From contig JAGIQG010000014.1 of the NCBI GenBank assembly GCA_024679065.1, forward strand, positions 75,144,001-75,208,000: a stretch of 64,000 nt of DNA. The letters run 5' to 3'. The DNA comes from Sphyrna mokarran (Eukaryota). The translations under genes and the position numbers were made by a program. Positions within the stretch are counted from its first letter, which is position 1. Every line of letters starts with the position of its first letter. Of this stretch, positions 24,615-37,184 are shown in pieces. Below the pieces are notes generated by a model that saw only the letters and a program-made list of their open reading frames with translations, did not search any database and had not been told where the DNA came from.

Positions 24615-25910
24615 CATAGAGATTTACTAAATTGAAAGTGGTCCTTCCACCCAACTTGTCCATGCCACCCAATTTTTACCATTAAGCTAGCGTCAATTGC
24701 CTGCATTTGGCCCACATCCCTCCATAGCAATCTTATCCAAGTAACTGTGTAAATGTTTTTTTTTAAAAAAAAAACAAAATTGTACCCGCATCTTCTACTA
24801 CACCTGACAGTTTAGTCCCGACACTCACCATCTCAGTGTGAACCAAACGTCCCTCTGGGCCATTTCGTATCCCCCCTCACCTTATAACTATACCCTCTAG
24901 TTTTAGACTCCCAGACCTGTGGGAAAAATGTCGACTATCTACCTTATCTATACCTATCATTTCTTAATGGACCTTTATAAGATCACCCCAACACCTCTTA
25001 TACTCCAGGGAAAAAGTTGCTGTCTATATAGCCTGTCCTTGTAACTCAAACTACCAAGTCCTGCTAGCATCCCAGTAAATCTTTTCAGCACTCTTTCTAG
25101 TTTAGTTGTATCTATTCTATAATAGGGTGACTAGAACTGCGTATTCCAAGTGCGAAGTTACCTATATCTTGTACATCATCAGAAAGATGTCCCAGCTCCT
25201 GTATTCAATGTTCTGACCAATTAAACCAAGCATGCTGAATTGCCTTCTTCACCACCCTGCCCAGCTATGACTCCACTTTCAAGATGCTATGAACCTGTAA
25301 CCTGTGATCTCTTTGTCCTATAATTCTCCCCAATGCCCTACCATTAAAGAGAGTAAGTCCTGCCGTGGTTCGATCTGACAAAATTCATTACCTCGTATTA
25401 ATCGACATTAAAATTCATCTGTTATTCATCAGTCCACTGGTCCAATTCATTGACATCCCTTCGCAATTCGAGATAACGTTTTTCACTATGCCACCAATCT
25501 TGATGTCATCTGTAAACTTACTAACCATGCTTCCTAAATTCTTATCCAAATCATTAATATAAATGACAAATAATAATGGGCCCAGTATTGATCCCTGAGG
25601 CACACTGCGGGTCAGAAGCCTTCAGTTTGAAAAATAACCCTCTGCAACCAGCCTCTATCTTTTATCTTTTGTATCCAATTAGCTACCTTACTCTGGATCC
25701 TGTGAGGTTTAACCTTATGCAACATCGGTACCTTGCAACCTTATGCAACATGTGGTACCTTGTCAAAGTCAACTGCACTGCCCTCGTTTACCTTCTCGAT
25801 TAAACCTTCAGAAAACTTAATCAAATTAGTGAGACATGACTTTTCACTCAAAAAACCACGTTGAATGTCTCTAATCAGTTTTTGCCTTTCTTAGTGTCTG
25901 TAGATCCTAT
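24615..25910 (-). mobile_element. CR1 LINE RT/3' fragment
   Basis: ORF 25415..25603 contains PQGSILGPLLFVIYINDLD...SKFTDDIKIGG. Confidence 0.85.
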
Positions 25911-26599
25911 CTCAGAACGGTTTCATGCAGGTTTGCTATTCATCTTTCCCTTCACGAATATGTGTCCCATCACTTCGTTGTTTCATTTTAAAATCTTGTG
26001 TCTTTCTTTTAATCATATTCATAACTGCACTTATACGCGTATATGTCTGCCATATTGACGTATGTGTATTCTTAACGAAATCAGTCACTGAAAGATACTA
26101 TTTGAAGTGCACAATATTCGTGTTCAGTTATTGTTCAACTTTACCTTGAATATATTCACTGCATTTGCAATCGAGATGCCGGTGCCATTATATCTGTGTG
26201 AACGATTGTTCACCACAGTACCCAGCGCATGAATAATTCAACTAGTGCCTTTGAAAACTAAGTGCTTTGGCATGTATTTCATTGTACATATGCTAACGCA
26301 GGTGCTGACATGCCACTCAGCATGTGGACTGTAATGTTGTTCACAATGAATTTGAACTTCTGGTTATAAAACAATGCAGACCCATAACTTCCTGGTTACC
26401 GAGAATCGCATTTGGGGGTACCCTATTGATGCGTTGGCGAATCTCTTGAGTTCCTAAGTGGTAACTTCTCTGGAGAATTGTGCTGGACTGGAAGCCATCC
26501 GACAGAAGTGATTTACTGCGGATGATTCAGCCTCTTCTACCCTGACAGTCACTCTGAAGACTTAGAAAGGAAAAAAAAACTTCCCATTCCAGAGTAACT

Positions 26600-27715
26600 A
26601 TCGAAACACGAATACTCAACCCCACGTCAGACACCCACCAAACCCAAACCTGACCCGACCCTCTCACGCTGTCTGACCAGCACTTCCATTCCCAGCCGAT
26701 GCCATTCTTCACTCCGGTCAGGCCCTCTACTCAGACCCATCTTTCGCCCAGACTTTCAAACTCCATTCTGACCATGCCACAGCTCGAACATCCTCCTCTC
26801 CCTACAGGCTTCATCACCACTCCCCCAGCCTCGCTCTGACTTCCCTGCTGGTCGACTCTGGGTCCTCTGCCCAGTCTGTCGCTCGGACCCACCTCTCCTG
26901 ATCTGGCCTCCTCCATCCATTCCAAACCTTCCTCCACTATGACCCACCTCCTTCGAATCCTGTCCTTCTCTGTTTGAATCTTACCTTCCAGCCCAATTCC
27001 CTTACTTATAATAATTACGCACCCATGTTGCGACCCACACCTCCACTCAGAATGCCTCATCTCCGGTCATTTTGTTACCAGGCACACATCCGTTCCAACA
27101 ACCCCTTCGATCCGATCATTCCCTCTCCCTCCACCCAAGCCTCCTTTTGACCCAACTGTTCACTCCTATGCATTCACCTCTCGTTCTTACTCACCAATAG
27201 TCCCTGATTCCTAAAGCTCTGATCCACCTCCACTCCATCAATGCTCTGCGCTTCAACAACCCTATCCGCTTCAGGCATCCTCTACCCCTAGCCTCCCCTC
27301 CCCCAACTCCATTCTGCTGGAATCTCCCTCCGTTTTAAACGCCTCCTCTGCTGGGATCATGTCCCATTTGGTCCTCTGATCATACCTCTGCCCTATCACC
27401 CCCACCTGTTCTGCCCTCCCCTCTACTCCGATCCCACTCCAAACCAATCCTCAACCGCTCGCCCTCCTCCACTCCCAGCCCAAGCACCTCTCTCAGCTCG
27501 ACCCCGATTCCTCTCCAATATGCATGCTCCGAACCGTTACCACTGCTCCGAACACTGTCCCTCCATCCTAGCTCCCCCTTCGCTGCAGCATCTATCTCTA
27601 CTTGAACACCCCCCCCCCAACTCTGATCACTCCTCCACACTGATCCCTCCCATCTCTTCTAAACTTCCGCCTTCTCACTTTCAACCTATACCTCCGAGAA
27701 ATTGACCATTCGACC
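26600..27715. repeat. C/T-rich low-complexity tract with degenerate internal repeats
   Basis: Strong C skew over ~1.1 kb, with recurring CCACCTCCACTC..AATGC and CTCCATTCTG words. Confidence 0.6.
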
Positions 27716-29000
27716 CTGGAAAAGACATGTTATCCAAGCCTATCATAATCTTGTTGACATCTATCAGGGTTCCCCCATTCTCTGAGGCTCAAATGAACAC
27801 AATCCAAGATTGCTCAACTTTTCTTCGTTGAACATATTCTGTAAACCAGGCAATATTCTGCTGAATCTCTTGTACACCCTTTTCAATCCATCAACATCCT
27901 TCCGGAAATGTGACGATCAGAAATGTGCACAATACTCCAAATGCAGCCTAACCAAAGCCTTAACTGAAGCCAACTGCAACATGAATTTCCAATTCCTATT
28001 CTCAATATCCTGACGATACTCTTTATCACCTTGTGCAACTGAGTTGTCATCTTTTGGGAACTCGGGATTTGCATGCCTAGATCCCTTTGTGTGCTCATAT
28101 TCCTAAGGGCTCTACCATTTACTGTGTACTTTCCTTTTGCAAATCGCATCACCTCACATTTATCTGTGTTAAATTCCATCCGCTATTTTTCAGTCCAGGT
28201 CTCCAGCTAATTGGTATCCTGCTGTACCATCTGATAATCGTCTTCACTATTAGCTGCTCTCCCAATTTTTGTATCACCGGCAAATTTACTAATCAGACTA
28301 GCCACATTTTCCTCCAAATGATTTATATATATATATATAATATATATATATATATGTATGTATATATATACATAATAATCAACAGAGACCACATCACTGA
28401 TCCTTGTAGAAAACGGTTTGCCACAGATCTTCAATTAGAAAAGGTAGCCTTCCAGTCTATTCTCCGCTTTCTATAACCAAACCAGTTTTGCATCCATCTT
28501 ATCAGTTCACCACGGATCTCATGTGACTTGGCGTTCCTTATCAGCCTGCCAATTTTACCGAAGGCTTTACTAAAATCCATGCGTTTATCTGCTGACTACC
28601 CTAGTCAAATTTTCTTGTCACTTCTTCAGAGAACTTAACCAAGTTGGTGAAACACCAACCCTTCACAAACCATATTGCCTATCTTCCAGATGTGACTACG
28701 TCCTGTCACTCAGAAGATTCTCCAACAACTTCCCCACCACTGATGTAAGGCTCGCAGGCCTGTAATTTCACTGATTGCGTCTCCTACCTTTTTTAAAAAG
28801 AGGAACAAAGTTAGCTACTCTCCAATCCTCTGTTACCTCATCCATGGCTAAAGAGGATACAACGACATTGGCAAGACCTCAGCATTTCACTCCCTTGTCT
28901 CTCTCGGTATTCTGGCCCTTGGGACTTGTCCAACTTAATGTTTTTGAAAACCTCCAATCACACCGTCCTTTTTGTCTCAACGTGTCCCAAGAATGTCAAC
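27715..29000 (-). mobile_element. CR1 LINE RT fragment containing a (TA)n expansion
   Basis: YINHLEENVASLISKFAGDTKIGRAANSE and MEFNTDKCEVMRF. Confidence 0.85.
28324..28372. repeat. (TA)n microsatellite
   Basis: Imperfect TA run, expanded inside the CR1 IYIND codons. Confidence 0.9.
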
Positions 29001-30775
29001 ATTCTCCTTTCGATAATCACCATCCATATTTGATAATGAGGTTAGATAGACTATTTGGGGGGAAGCGCGAGAGGTGCATAAATGCTAGGCCTGTTAAATT
29101 GAATGGCTTCACTCTGCGATGTAAATATGAGTCACATGTTATGTAACGCTCATTGTAGATAAATTGGGGTTCGATTTGAACGTCCATTTTTATACTTGAA
29201 TAATGTTTGTAATCGGTGTAATTTAATATTTAATTATTAGGGTATTCCTGACCGAAATGAACAAGGCATTCTGACTGTCTGAGTCTGAAATTATTTAAGC
29301 ATGCGGAATATATAATCAACGTGGACTTTATTTTGAACAATAATTTCAATATTGAAGACAATTGTAAGTGAAATGGCAAGCATGGTCGCATGAAGTTAAA
29401 ATTTGCTTCATAATTTTGTGCTCTGGAATTAGATATGTGTTTGAGTTTTCAAAGTCCTAGTATTTGGATTACGATGTCAAATTCACTTATATCTTGCAGT
29501 CAAACTAATATGCAAAGATATGTTTTGTCATGGACGTAATGGAGCATGATAGATTTAAGTTCAATTGTGGTTGTAATAGGTATCTAGCATGCCTGGGAAG
29601 TTATTTAACATATCATGTACATGCATCCTGGGAATCTTTTGACACGTAATGCTATTTTTCAAAAATTCTTAATCTGTACTCTTTACGTGATGCATTAAAT
29701 GCATCATTTGTAATAAAACATTAATAAATCTGCATGATGAATAAAATATAGCCCTCCTAGTTAAAGAAACATTGCCATCTTCTTATTCATGGGCTTCTTG
29801 GGGCTTTGCATATTGGCAGAGAACCCATGAAAAAATAGTTGACTAAATTCGTTGTATTTCTTTGATAATTGAGAACTCTACAACGAATTCGTGTTCTTGA
29901 CATGAAGGCAAAGTGCAAACCCAGTAAGATTGCTTGTTACTGACTGATTGTTCATCATTGTATACGAACTGTCATGACTTCGCTTTCAGTTTTTGCAGAT
30001 CTGACACTGTCATAATTATAGCTCATTAAACATTATTATATTTATCATATCCACAGTGTATTTTGTTAGGCACATTATGTGCTACGGGTGTCTACAACCA
30101 TCCAGAAGACAGGATTCTTTTGCATTATTTTCAATAATAGAATAAATACCAGGAGCAAACGGAGATTTTCAATTTCAACTCTTTGCAAAGCTAAAACGTT
30201 CAAATGTTGCAAATGTTAGAGTTGCAGCCCTGGAATAAGATGACTAAAAACAATAATACAAACATGAACATGGAAACAACTATGAAATTGGAAAACAGTT
30301 GCATTATTCTATAATTTGTATCTTGGCATTTTCAAGCCTTTATCGAAAGCCTCATGCTGCATTGGGGAAAAAAAGCAGAAATAATAGAAAATTGTGCACG
30401 GCATTCTTCTCCACAACGCCTCATAAATTTGAACAAATCTGCACATTTATCCTCTGACGCATATTTTGCTTAACATTGCATGCAATTCCTGTCCCTAATT
30501 TCAACCACAATCTAATGTCACAGGATAATTCGCGGAAAGAAAAAGTAAGAGTTTATAGCATACGAGACACTCATCCGCTCATTCTTTAAAAACAACAGTC
30601 TAATCGATTTGTGTCAATTTGACGTAGAAACAACGATAATTCCCTCCATACCAAGGGAATAGGTCTCACCTGCACAATGTATGAATGGAGTTTAATGAGG
30701 TTACCACTCAAAAATGAAAGCGAAGTCATGACAATTCATAAGCACTGACGTGTAACCAGTCAGTAACAAGCTATA

Positions 30776-31198
30776 TTGCTGAAGAGTATTAGCTATGAGG
30801 AGAAGTTGCAGAAATTTGTGTTGTTCTCACTGGAGGGATGGAGGTTGAGGGGAGACCTGATAGAAGTCTACAAGATTATGAAAGGCATGGACAGAGTGGA
30901 TAGTCAGAAGCTTGTTCCCAGGGTCGAAGAGTCAAATACTAAGGAGCATAGGTTTAAGTTGCGAGGGGCAAGTTTTAAAACAGATGTACGAAACAGAGAA
31001 TGGTGGGTGCCTGAAACTCGTTGCCGGGGGTAGTAGTGGAAGCGCATACGATAGTGACATTTAAGGGGCTTCTTAACAAGTACATGAGTGAGATGGAAAT
31101 AGAAGGATATGGTGCCCGGAATGTAGCAGCACTGTCGGTGCAGGCTTGAAGGGCCGAAGAGCTGTTCCCGGACTGTGATTTTGTTTGTTCTTTGTTCT
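30776..31198 (+). mobile_element. CR1 LINE 3' end
   Basis: SYEEKL..LFSLE..RLRGDLIEVYKIMKGMDRVD, then the tail GAAGGGCCGAAGAGCTGTTCC...TTTGTTCTTTGTTC. Confidence 0.85.
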
Positions 31199-32339
31199 TA
31201 AATGTGAACGAAACATTCATTGTTTTTTTTTATTTTGGGATATGGGCGTAACTGAGAAGACCAACATTCGTTGTCCATCACGAATTATCTTTTGAGTGAG
31301 TTACTGGGAAGCTTCAGGAGACAGTCTGGAGTCAACCAGTAGGGACTAGTTTCCTATGTACGTCGGAACAGTTAAGGACGAAGATTTCTTTCCCTAAAGC
31401 TCATTTCTGAAACAGGTAAGTTTTTATAACAATCCATGATAGCTTTCTTAGTTACCAGGACTGGTGTTTAATTTTATACACTACCTTTGGAATTTAAATT
31501 TTGTCAGCTCATGGGACTATTCATTCCAAGCCTATTACTAGTCCAAAGATCTTAGAACTACGCCAGGACCTTCTCTTAAAGCTGGCTCTATATCTGAAAT
31601 TGACCGATAATGTGATGCTGAAGGGAATAATTCTAACCAGCTAATGGAATAGAAGTACTGTTATTTGATGTAATCATCGTCTGACAATATGCCTGCGTTG
31701 TTTTCTCATAAAAAAATCTTTTAACGATCTTTGTTCAGAACGACAGTCATCGTGGGCAGATTTTGAGCATTAATCATGATTGAAAAGTTTGTTATAGTTT
31801 AAAGGGCACCAATCTGCAAGTGTGGGACAAGGCGAAGAGGTGATCTTTCACTTACCATCACTATGACGACATGTTATGCAAAATGAAATAAGAAGAAAGA
31901 TATCCAGAAAAAAATCAGTGTATACTTAAAATATTCGTTGATATTTATACACATGCTATAACAACTTACTACAGTTTTCATCTGGTGACATAATCATTCC
32001 GAAAACCATGGATGCACTTAGCATATATGCAAAGCCTTTCAAGATCTCAAAGCATCTCGAAGCCCTTTAAAATTATTGAAGGACGTTTAAAGATTAGGCG
32101 CCGTTGTAAAGGCGGAAACCTACCAGTAACTAAATTGAACGGCGATAATATGGCGATTAATATTTGATTACATTTGCGGATTTGAACGCTACCTGAAGTC
32201 TCATCATTCCGATATTTCACGTTCAAGATTAAGGCTGAAACAGAACACGAGATTTCTGTGCATGCTTGTCCATGTAATTGTAATTGTACACTTGTAAATA
32301 TAACGTTCGGTGGCATATAAATTATTTATTATCAGCCTA

Positions 32340-32429
32340 GCTTTAAGAAAATTTGTTGCAGTTATTGGTTGGGACTGTTCGTGTCGCTGTCTACCAATAA
32401 GAAGCCGAGACTCTGCGAGAGATCGACCC
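32340..32429 (+). promoter_or_regulatory. Pcdh promoter cassette, gene 3
   Basis: GCTTTAAG 32340, TGCAG 32357, TTATTGGT 32362, CGCT 32385, ACCAATAA 32393, GATC 32421. Confidence 0.85.
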
Positions 32430-32651
32430 CTCTTTCGTCAGCGAAACAGAACAGAATCGAAGAGCCAGACCGTCTCTGCCTTTGTGGTGTGCGGACATGT
32501 TTGGAAAAGCTCTCCACATTGTGTCGTTACGTTCGTCCATTCGTAGTAGGATAACGCTATACTGTTGGTAATTGTTACCTTCTGCTAGGCAAATCAATAT
32601 ACTCTATTGTGAGAAATTTCAATATTGTGCCACACAATTCAGCCCAGAGCA

Positions 32652-35045
32652 ATGGCGAACGTACTGATGATCCGGGCAGTCTTCATTTTCGTGCTGTGTG
32701 TGTCCGACCTGGTTTCGGAACAGCTTCGCTACTCGATTCCCGAGGAACTAGAACGTGGGACCTTTATTGGGAACATCGCTGAAAATATACGACTTAATGT
32801 TTGGGAATTACCGTCTCGCAAATTTCGGCTGATTTCAGATGACCCGAAACAATACATGGAGGTAAATCCAGAAAATGGCTTCTTATTTGTTAGTGAAAGA
32901 ATCGACAGAGAACAAATTTGTAAAAAAAGCTCTCCCTGTTCACTTTCTGTTCAAATCGCGCTCGACAACCCTTTGGAAATGTATCCCGTTTCAGTGGAGA
33001 TACAAGATGTAAATGATAATTCGCCCATCTTTCCGAAGAGGGAATTCCACTTGCAGATCAATGAATTAATTGCGCCAGGGGCGCGCTTCCCTCTCGAGAG
33101 TGCGCAGGATCCGGATGTGGGTACAAACGCAATCAACACTTACCAGGTCAGTCCAAACGAGAACTTCGCTATCAAAGTGCAAACAAGACGGGATGGAAGT
33201 AAAAATGCTGAGCTTTTACTGATGAAGCCTTTGGACCGTGAAAAACAATCGATGTTTACTCTCCAACTGACGGCCATAGACGGTGGGATTCCGCACAGGT
33301 CTGGCACAGCTCAGCTTATCATTAATGTAATGGACGGAAATGATAACGCGCCTATTTTCGATCAGGAAACCTACAGGGCGACTGTCGTGGAAAATGTCGC
33401 CAATGGTACCTTAGTGATAAAGATTAATGCTGCGGATATGGATGAAGGTACAAATGCTGAAGTAACATATTCCTTCACCAATCATGTTTCCCAAAATATC
33501 CGCAAGTTGTTCCAATTGGACCCTATTACTGGGGAGATCAGGGTTCGGGGAGTCGTGGATTTTGAAGAAGCGAATGTTTATGAACTTGACGTACAAGCAG
33601 TGGAGAATGCTCCACCAGGATTGGCAGCCCATGCAAATGTTGTGGTCGATGTCATTGACACTAACGATAATTTTCCTGAGTTGCACGTGACTGTAGTTGC
33701 CAGTGCTGTGCGGGAGGATGCTCCAGTAGGAACTACTATAGCTTTGATCAGTGTAACTGATGCTGATTCTGATGAATATGGAGAAGTTCACTGTCAGATT
33801 CCAGGGAGTATTCCGTTCAAGATTGAAAACCCTTTACGGAATAGCTATAAGTTGGTTACCAATGGTATTCTGGACCATGAACTGATCCCAATATACAACA
33901 TCTCCATTTCTGCCTGGGACGGAGGCTTGCCGCCTCTTTCAACAAGTAAACTCATCTTGGTTTCTATAACTGATATCAATGACAACGCTCCAAAATTTAC
34001 ACAATCCTCATATAACGTGTACCTGATGGAGAATAATAAACCTGGTGCTTCTATATTTGCTGTTAATGCATATGATGCTGATTTGAATCAAAATGGAGAA
34101 ATCTCCTATTCCATTCTCGACAATGCAAAGCAAGATATGTCTTCCTCTGCTTACGTCACGATTAACTCCAAAAATGGGAACATTTACGCACTGCACTCCT
34201 TTGATTATGAACAAGTGAAACACTTCCAATTCAATGTTGAAGCTCATGATGCTGGATTTCCTCCACTAAATGGCACTGCTATTGTTGATGTTATTATCTT
34301 AGACCAAAATGACAATTCGCCGGTTATCCTCTCACCTCTAACATGGAACAGCTCAGCATTAGTGGAGATAATGCCTCAGACAACTTATCCAGGTTACTTA
34401 ATCACCAAGGTGATTGCGACAGATGAGGATACTGGTCAGAATGCGAAGCTTTCCTTCCAGTTGTTGGAGGCCACTGATCCTAACCTGTTCACCATTGGTA
34501 TACTGTCTGGGGAAATCAGAACAACACGAAGTATTAAAGACCAAGAAATCATTACAAAAAATGCGGTCCTCTGTGTGAAGGACAATGGACAACCAAGCCT
34601 CTCCAGTACGGCCACAATCTTCTTTACAATAATGTCCAATGTGACTGAGAACTCTTTTGAACGAATGGATGAACCCAGACGCTTGGAATATTTTTCAGAT
34701 CTAAATAGTTATCTGATCATCATTTTAGGATCCACTTCCTTTTTGTTCCTGGTAACGATTATTGGATTGGTCATCCTGAAGTATAGACAAGACAGAAATA
34801 TTGCTGAAGACTATACCTCTACAGGTCGTTGCTATAGTCGGAGGAATTCCAATGATGGTTTTAATCGGGGGCAAGCTGCAAGTGAACCTTTAAATTATAG
34901 CGGGACAGTTCAAACTGAAGGTTATCGTTACACTGTGTGTTTATCACCTGAATCGTCGAAGAGTGATTTTCTCTTTTTAAAGCCCTGTCATCCTACGTTG
35001 CCTTTCAATGATGTGAATGCTCATGACATCAATGCAAGAAATTAA
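32652..35045 (+). CDS. Clustered protocadherin, single large exon (gene 3; 797 aa)
   Basis: GCAATGGCG start, signal peptide, QLRYSIPEE, six EC repeats, TM, tail YTVCLSPESSKSDFLFLKP. Confidence 0.95.
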   Translation: MANVLMIRAVFIFVLCVSDLVSEQLRYSIPEELERGTFIGNIAENIRLNVWELPSRKFRLISDDPKQYMEVNPENGFLFVSERIDREQICKKSSPCSLSVQIALDNPLEMYPVSVEIQDVNDNSPIFPKREFHLQINELIAPGARFPLESAQDPDVGTNAINTYQVSPNENFAIKVQTRRDGSKNAELLLMKPLDREKQSMFTLQLTAIDGGIPHRSGTAQLIINVMDGNDNAPIFDQETYRATVVENVANGTLVIKINAADMDEGTNAEVTYSFTNHVSQNIRKLFQLDPITGEIRVRGVVDFEEANVYELDVQAVENAPPGLAAHANVVVDVIDTNDNFPELHVTVVASAVREDAPVGTTIALISVTDADSDEYGEVHCQIPGSIPFKIENPLRNSYKLVTNGILDHELIPIYNISISAWDGGLPPLSTSKLILVSITDINDNAPKFTQSSYNVYLMENNKPGASIFAVNAYDADLNQNGEISYSILDNAKQDMSSSAYVTINSKNGNIYALHSFDYEQVKHFQFNVEAHDAGFPPLNGTAIVDVIILDQNDNSPVILSPLTWNSSALVEIMPQTTYPGYLITKVIATDEDTGQNAKLSFQLLEATDPNLFTIGILSGEIRTTRSIKDQEIITKNAVLCVKDNGQPSLSSTATIFFTIMSNVTENSFERMDEPRRLEYFSDLNSYLIIILGSTSFLFLVTIIGLVILKYRQDRNIAEDYTSTGRCYSRRNSNDGFNRGQAASEPLNYSGTVQTEGYRYTVCLSPESSKSDFLFLKPCHPTLPFNDVNAHDINARN

Positions 35046-35819
35046 CCAAGGCAGCAGTTTCATTCTCCCAGTGACAGGTAATACGTTTTGGTGAAGAATT
35101 GTTTATTACGCCCTAAACTGGAAGGTGTATGTCATGCAAGATTCTAGATATCCATTTTGAAAACGGCAAATCTAATGTGCCAGAATTTCCCACTCTTCTT
35201 TCCATTTTCCTTGCGTTCAGTCATAGCTATTCTTGTCTATAAATCCCATTTTACAGCCTTGATTAGTATACTAATTACTTACATGTTTGTAGAAACTTGT
35301 ATTTAAACTGCTTACGATTTCTGTTTTTACTAATGTCTAACTCACTACACACTGAAAAAATGTTTTTGAAAGGAAACTGTATAGACCTTCCTTAAATCTC
35401 TCTCTCTCCAATATTTTAATAGTTTCGGCTCAGTTATTTTGAGCGGCATACAATTGTCCTTCAAAACCAAGTGAAATTTCAAATCAATCAATTAAGTTGT
35501 TATGATTGGATTGAAGGCCTGAGATCGGGCTCTGAGAGTTTCCTATCAAATACTGACGATACGCACAACTAAATATTAATTCTGAATTGCAGTGCATTTA
35601 AGTTTTAACTGTCACTGGTTTTGTAGCATTCTCGTACAATTTTTCGTTTGGCTTCAGTTTACTATGTGGAGGCCCATCGATGCATTGCGTGGCTGCTTTA
35701 CATTGACTTGGCCGCATATTAACACATCATGAAGGAGAGAGGCATATTTGTTCCGTGCATAGTATGTTCAAAATTGACCCATCACCATGCCCCTGCAAAC
35801 CTTAGAGGGCAGTTTGCCT

Positions 35820-36030
35820 AGTCCCTGAATTACAAGGTTGTAGTTTCAATTCAAAATCCAGAAACTTGAGTGCAAAATATCGGCTGAAACTCCATTACAA
35901 TGCACAGGGAGAGCTGTACTATCGATGCCAGGTTAGGGATGATACGTTAACCCCAATTCTTGTTATTATTCTCGTGTGGACGAAAAGGTTTCTATGCAGT
36001 AATTAACGAACGGGGCAGTGATCTCTATAA
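35820..36030 (+). mobile_element. Deu-domain SINE remnant
   Basis: AAGGTTGTAGTTTCAA...CCAGAAACTTGAGTGCAAAAT...GGATGATACGTTAACC...GTGGACGAAAAG resembles the Deu-SINE head and core. Confidence 0.5.
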
Positions 36031-36330
36031 TGTGGGCTGACCAGCGACAAGTTGCAAGTGCCAGACAATGACCCGCTAACAACAGAGAATCCAATCAGCT
36101 CCCCTGGCATGGATGTCGCTGAATCGCCGACTATCAACATTCAGGGGTTTGCTATTGACAAGAAACTGAATTGAACCAGATATGGCTGCCGTTATAATAG
36201 TAACTGGTTGGCTAAAAATTCTGCAGGGAGTAACTTCCTGACTCCCCAGATCGTGTTCACAATCTACAAGGCACAAATCAGGAATATGATGAAATAGTCT
36301 CCACCAGCCTGGGTGAGTGCAATTCTAAGA
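36030..36330 (+). mobile_element. CR1/L2-group LINE RT fragment (same family as 16415-17035)
   Basis: AESPTINIQGFAIDKKLN and IYKAQIRNMMK.SPPAWVSA. Confidence 0.6.
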
Positions 36331-37184
36331 ATTGATCCTCACCATGGAGAATGTCTTACACCCATCATTTCTTTAAAGACATTTAACACTCCCCCTCCCC
36401 CCAGATAGGCCGTGTCTTCTTCTTCGAGGCTCACAGACTCTACAGTCATCTGTTGGCAGATACAGCAGTTGCGTAACATGAGTTGCAAATGGTTGCCTAT
36501 TCAGAAGTCTCCATCATCCATTTTTTTATTGGCAGTCTCATCAAATTTTGAAAACCTGACAAAGTTTTTTGCCCTTAAATGATGAAAAGACATTAAATCT
36601 TTTTTCACCAAAATCCAAGCCTCCAAGTAACCAACCCATATGGCGTATCAGTTGCAAATTTACCGATACATTTAGCAACATTTTGACCACTTAGTATGCT
36701 CAATGCATCTTGTTTTTCAATTGCACTATTACACTGCATTTCAAACTTGGCAAATGTCCTTCTTCCTACATCTGGACCCTTGCTCATCACACGAAGTTAT
36801 TTGTGTACACCATTTCCGCTTTGTCTGTTACGAGTTAGATGTAGTTATATACACTGCTCATGGTGGTCAGTTTATTGTCCATCACCATTGACAGCCATAT
36901 GTAACAAGATTAATCTGGCCGTTTGGTATTGGGCTGCTAAGCTCCAGAGTTAAACTGCCTCGCTGTTAATTTAGCTTAATCAGACTGGTAGGTCATTAGG
37001 ATTCTGCTGTTGCTACCGGTGTGCTTATTGAGAGATCATATTAATTCACGTTTAGTATACCTGCTTGATTATAATAGACAAATGAGATATCTACGAAGCC
37101 GTGAGGTTGAAGCTTGCAGTGGTTTAAATTTTATTGCTTTTATTGACCAATAGCTTCGTATTAGCACGCGGTTTTAGAGTTACA

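Noticed and set aside
32625-32651. ORF-track start of gene 3 at 32625
   Set aside because: It is not an ATG; the ATG at 32652 matches the GCAATGGCG context of the paralogues.
33073-33088. GCGCCAGGGGCGCGCT (PGARF codons) as a possible exonic CTCF site
   Set aside because: Spacing deviates from the CTCF core, it is not kept in gene 4, and protein constraint explains it; a PWM scan or ChIP would be needed.
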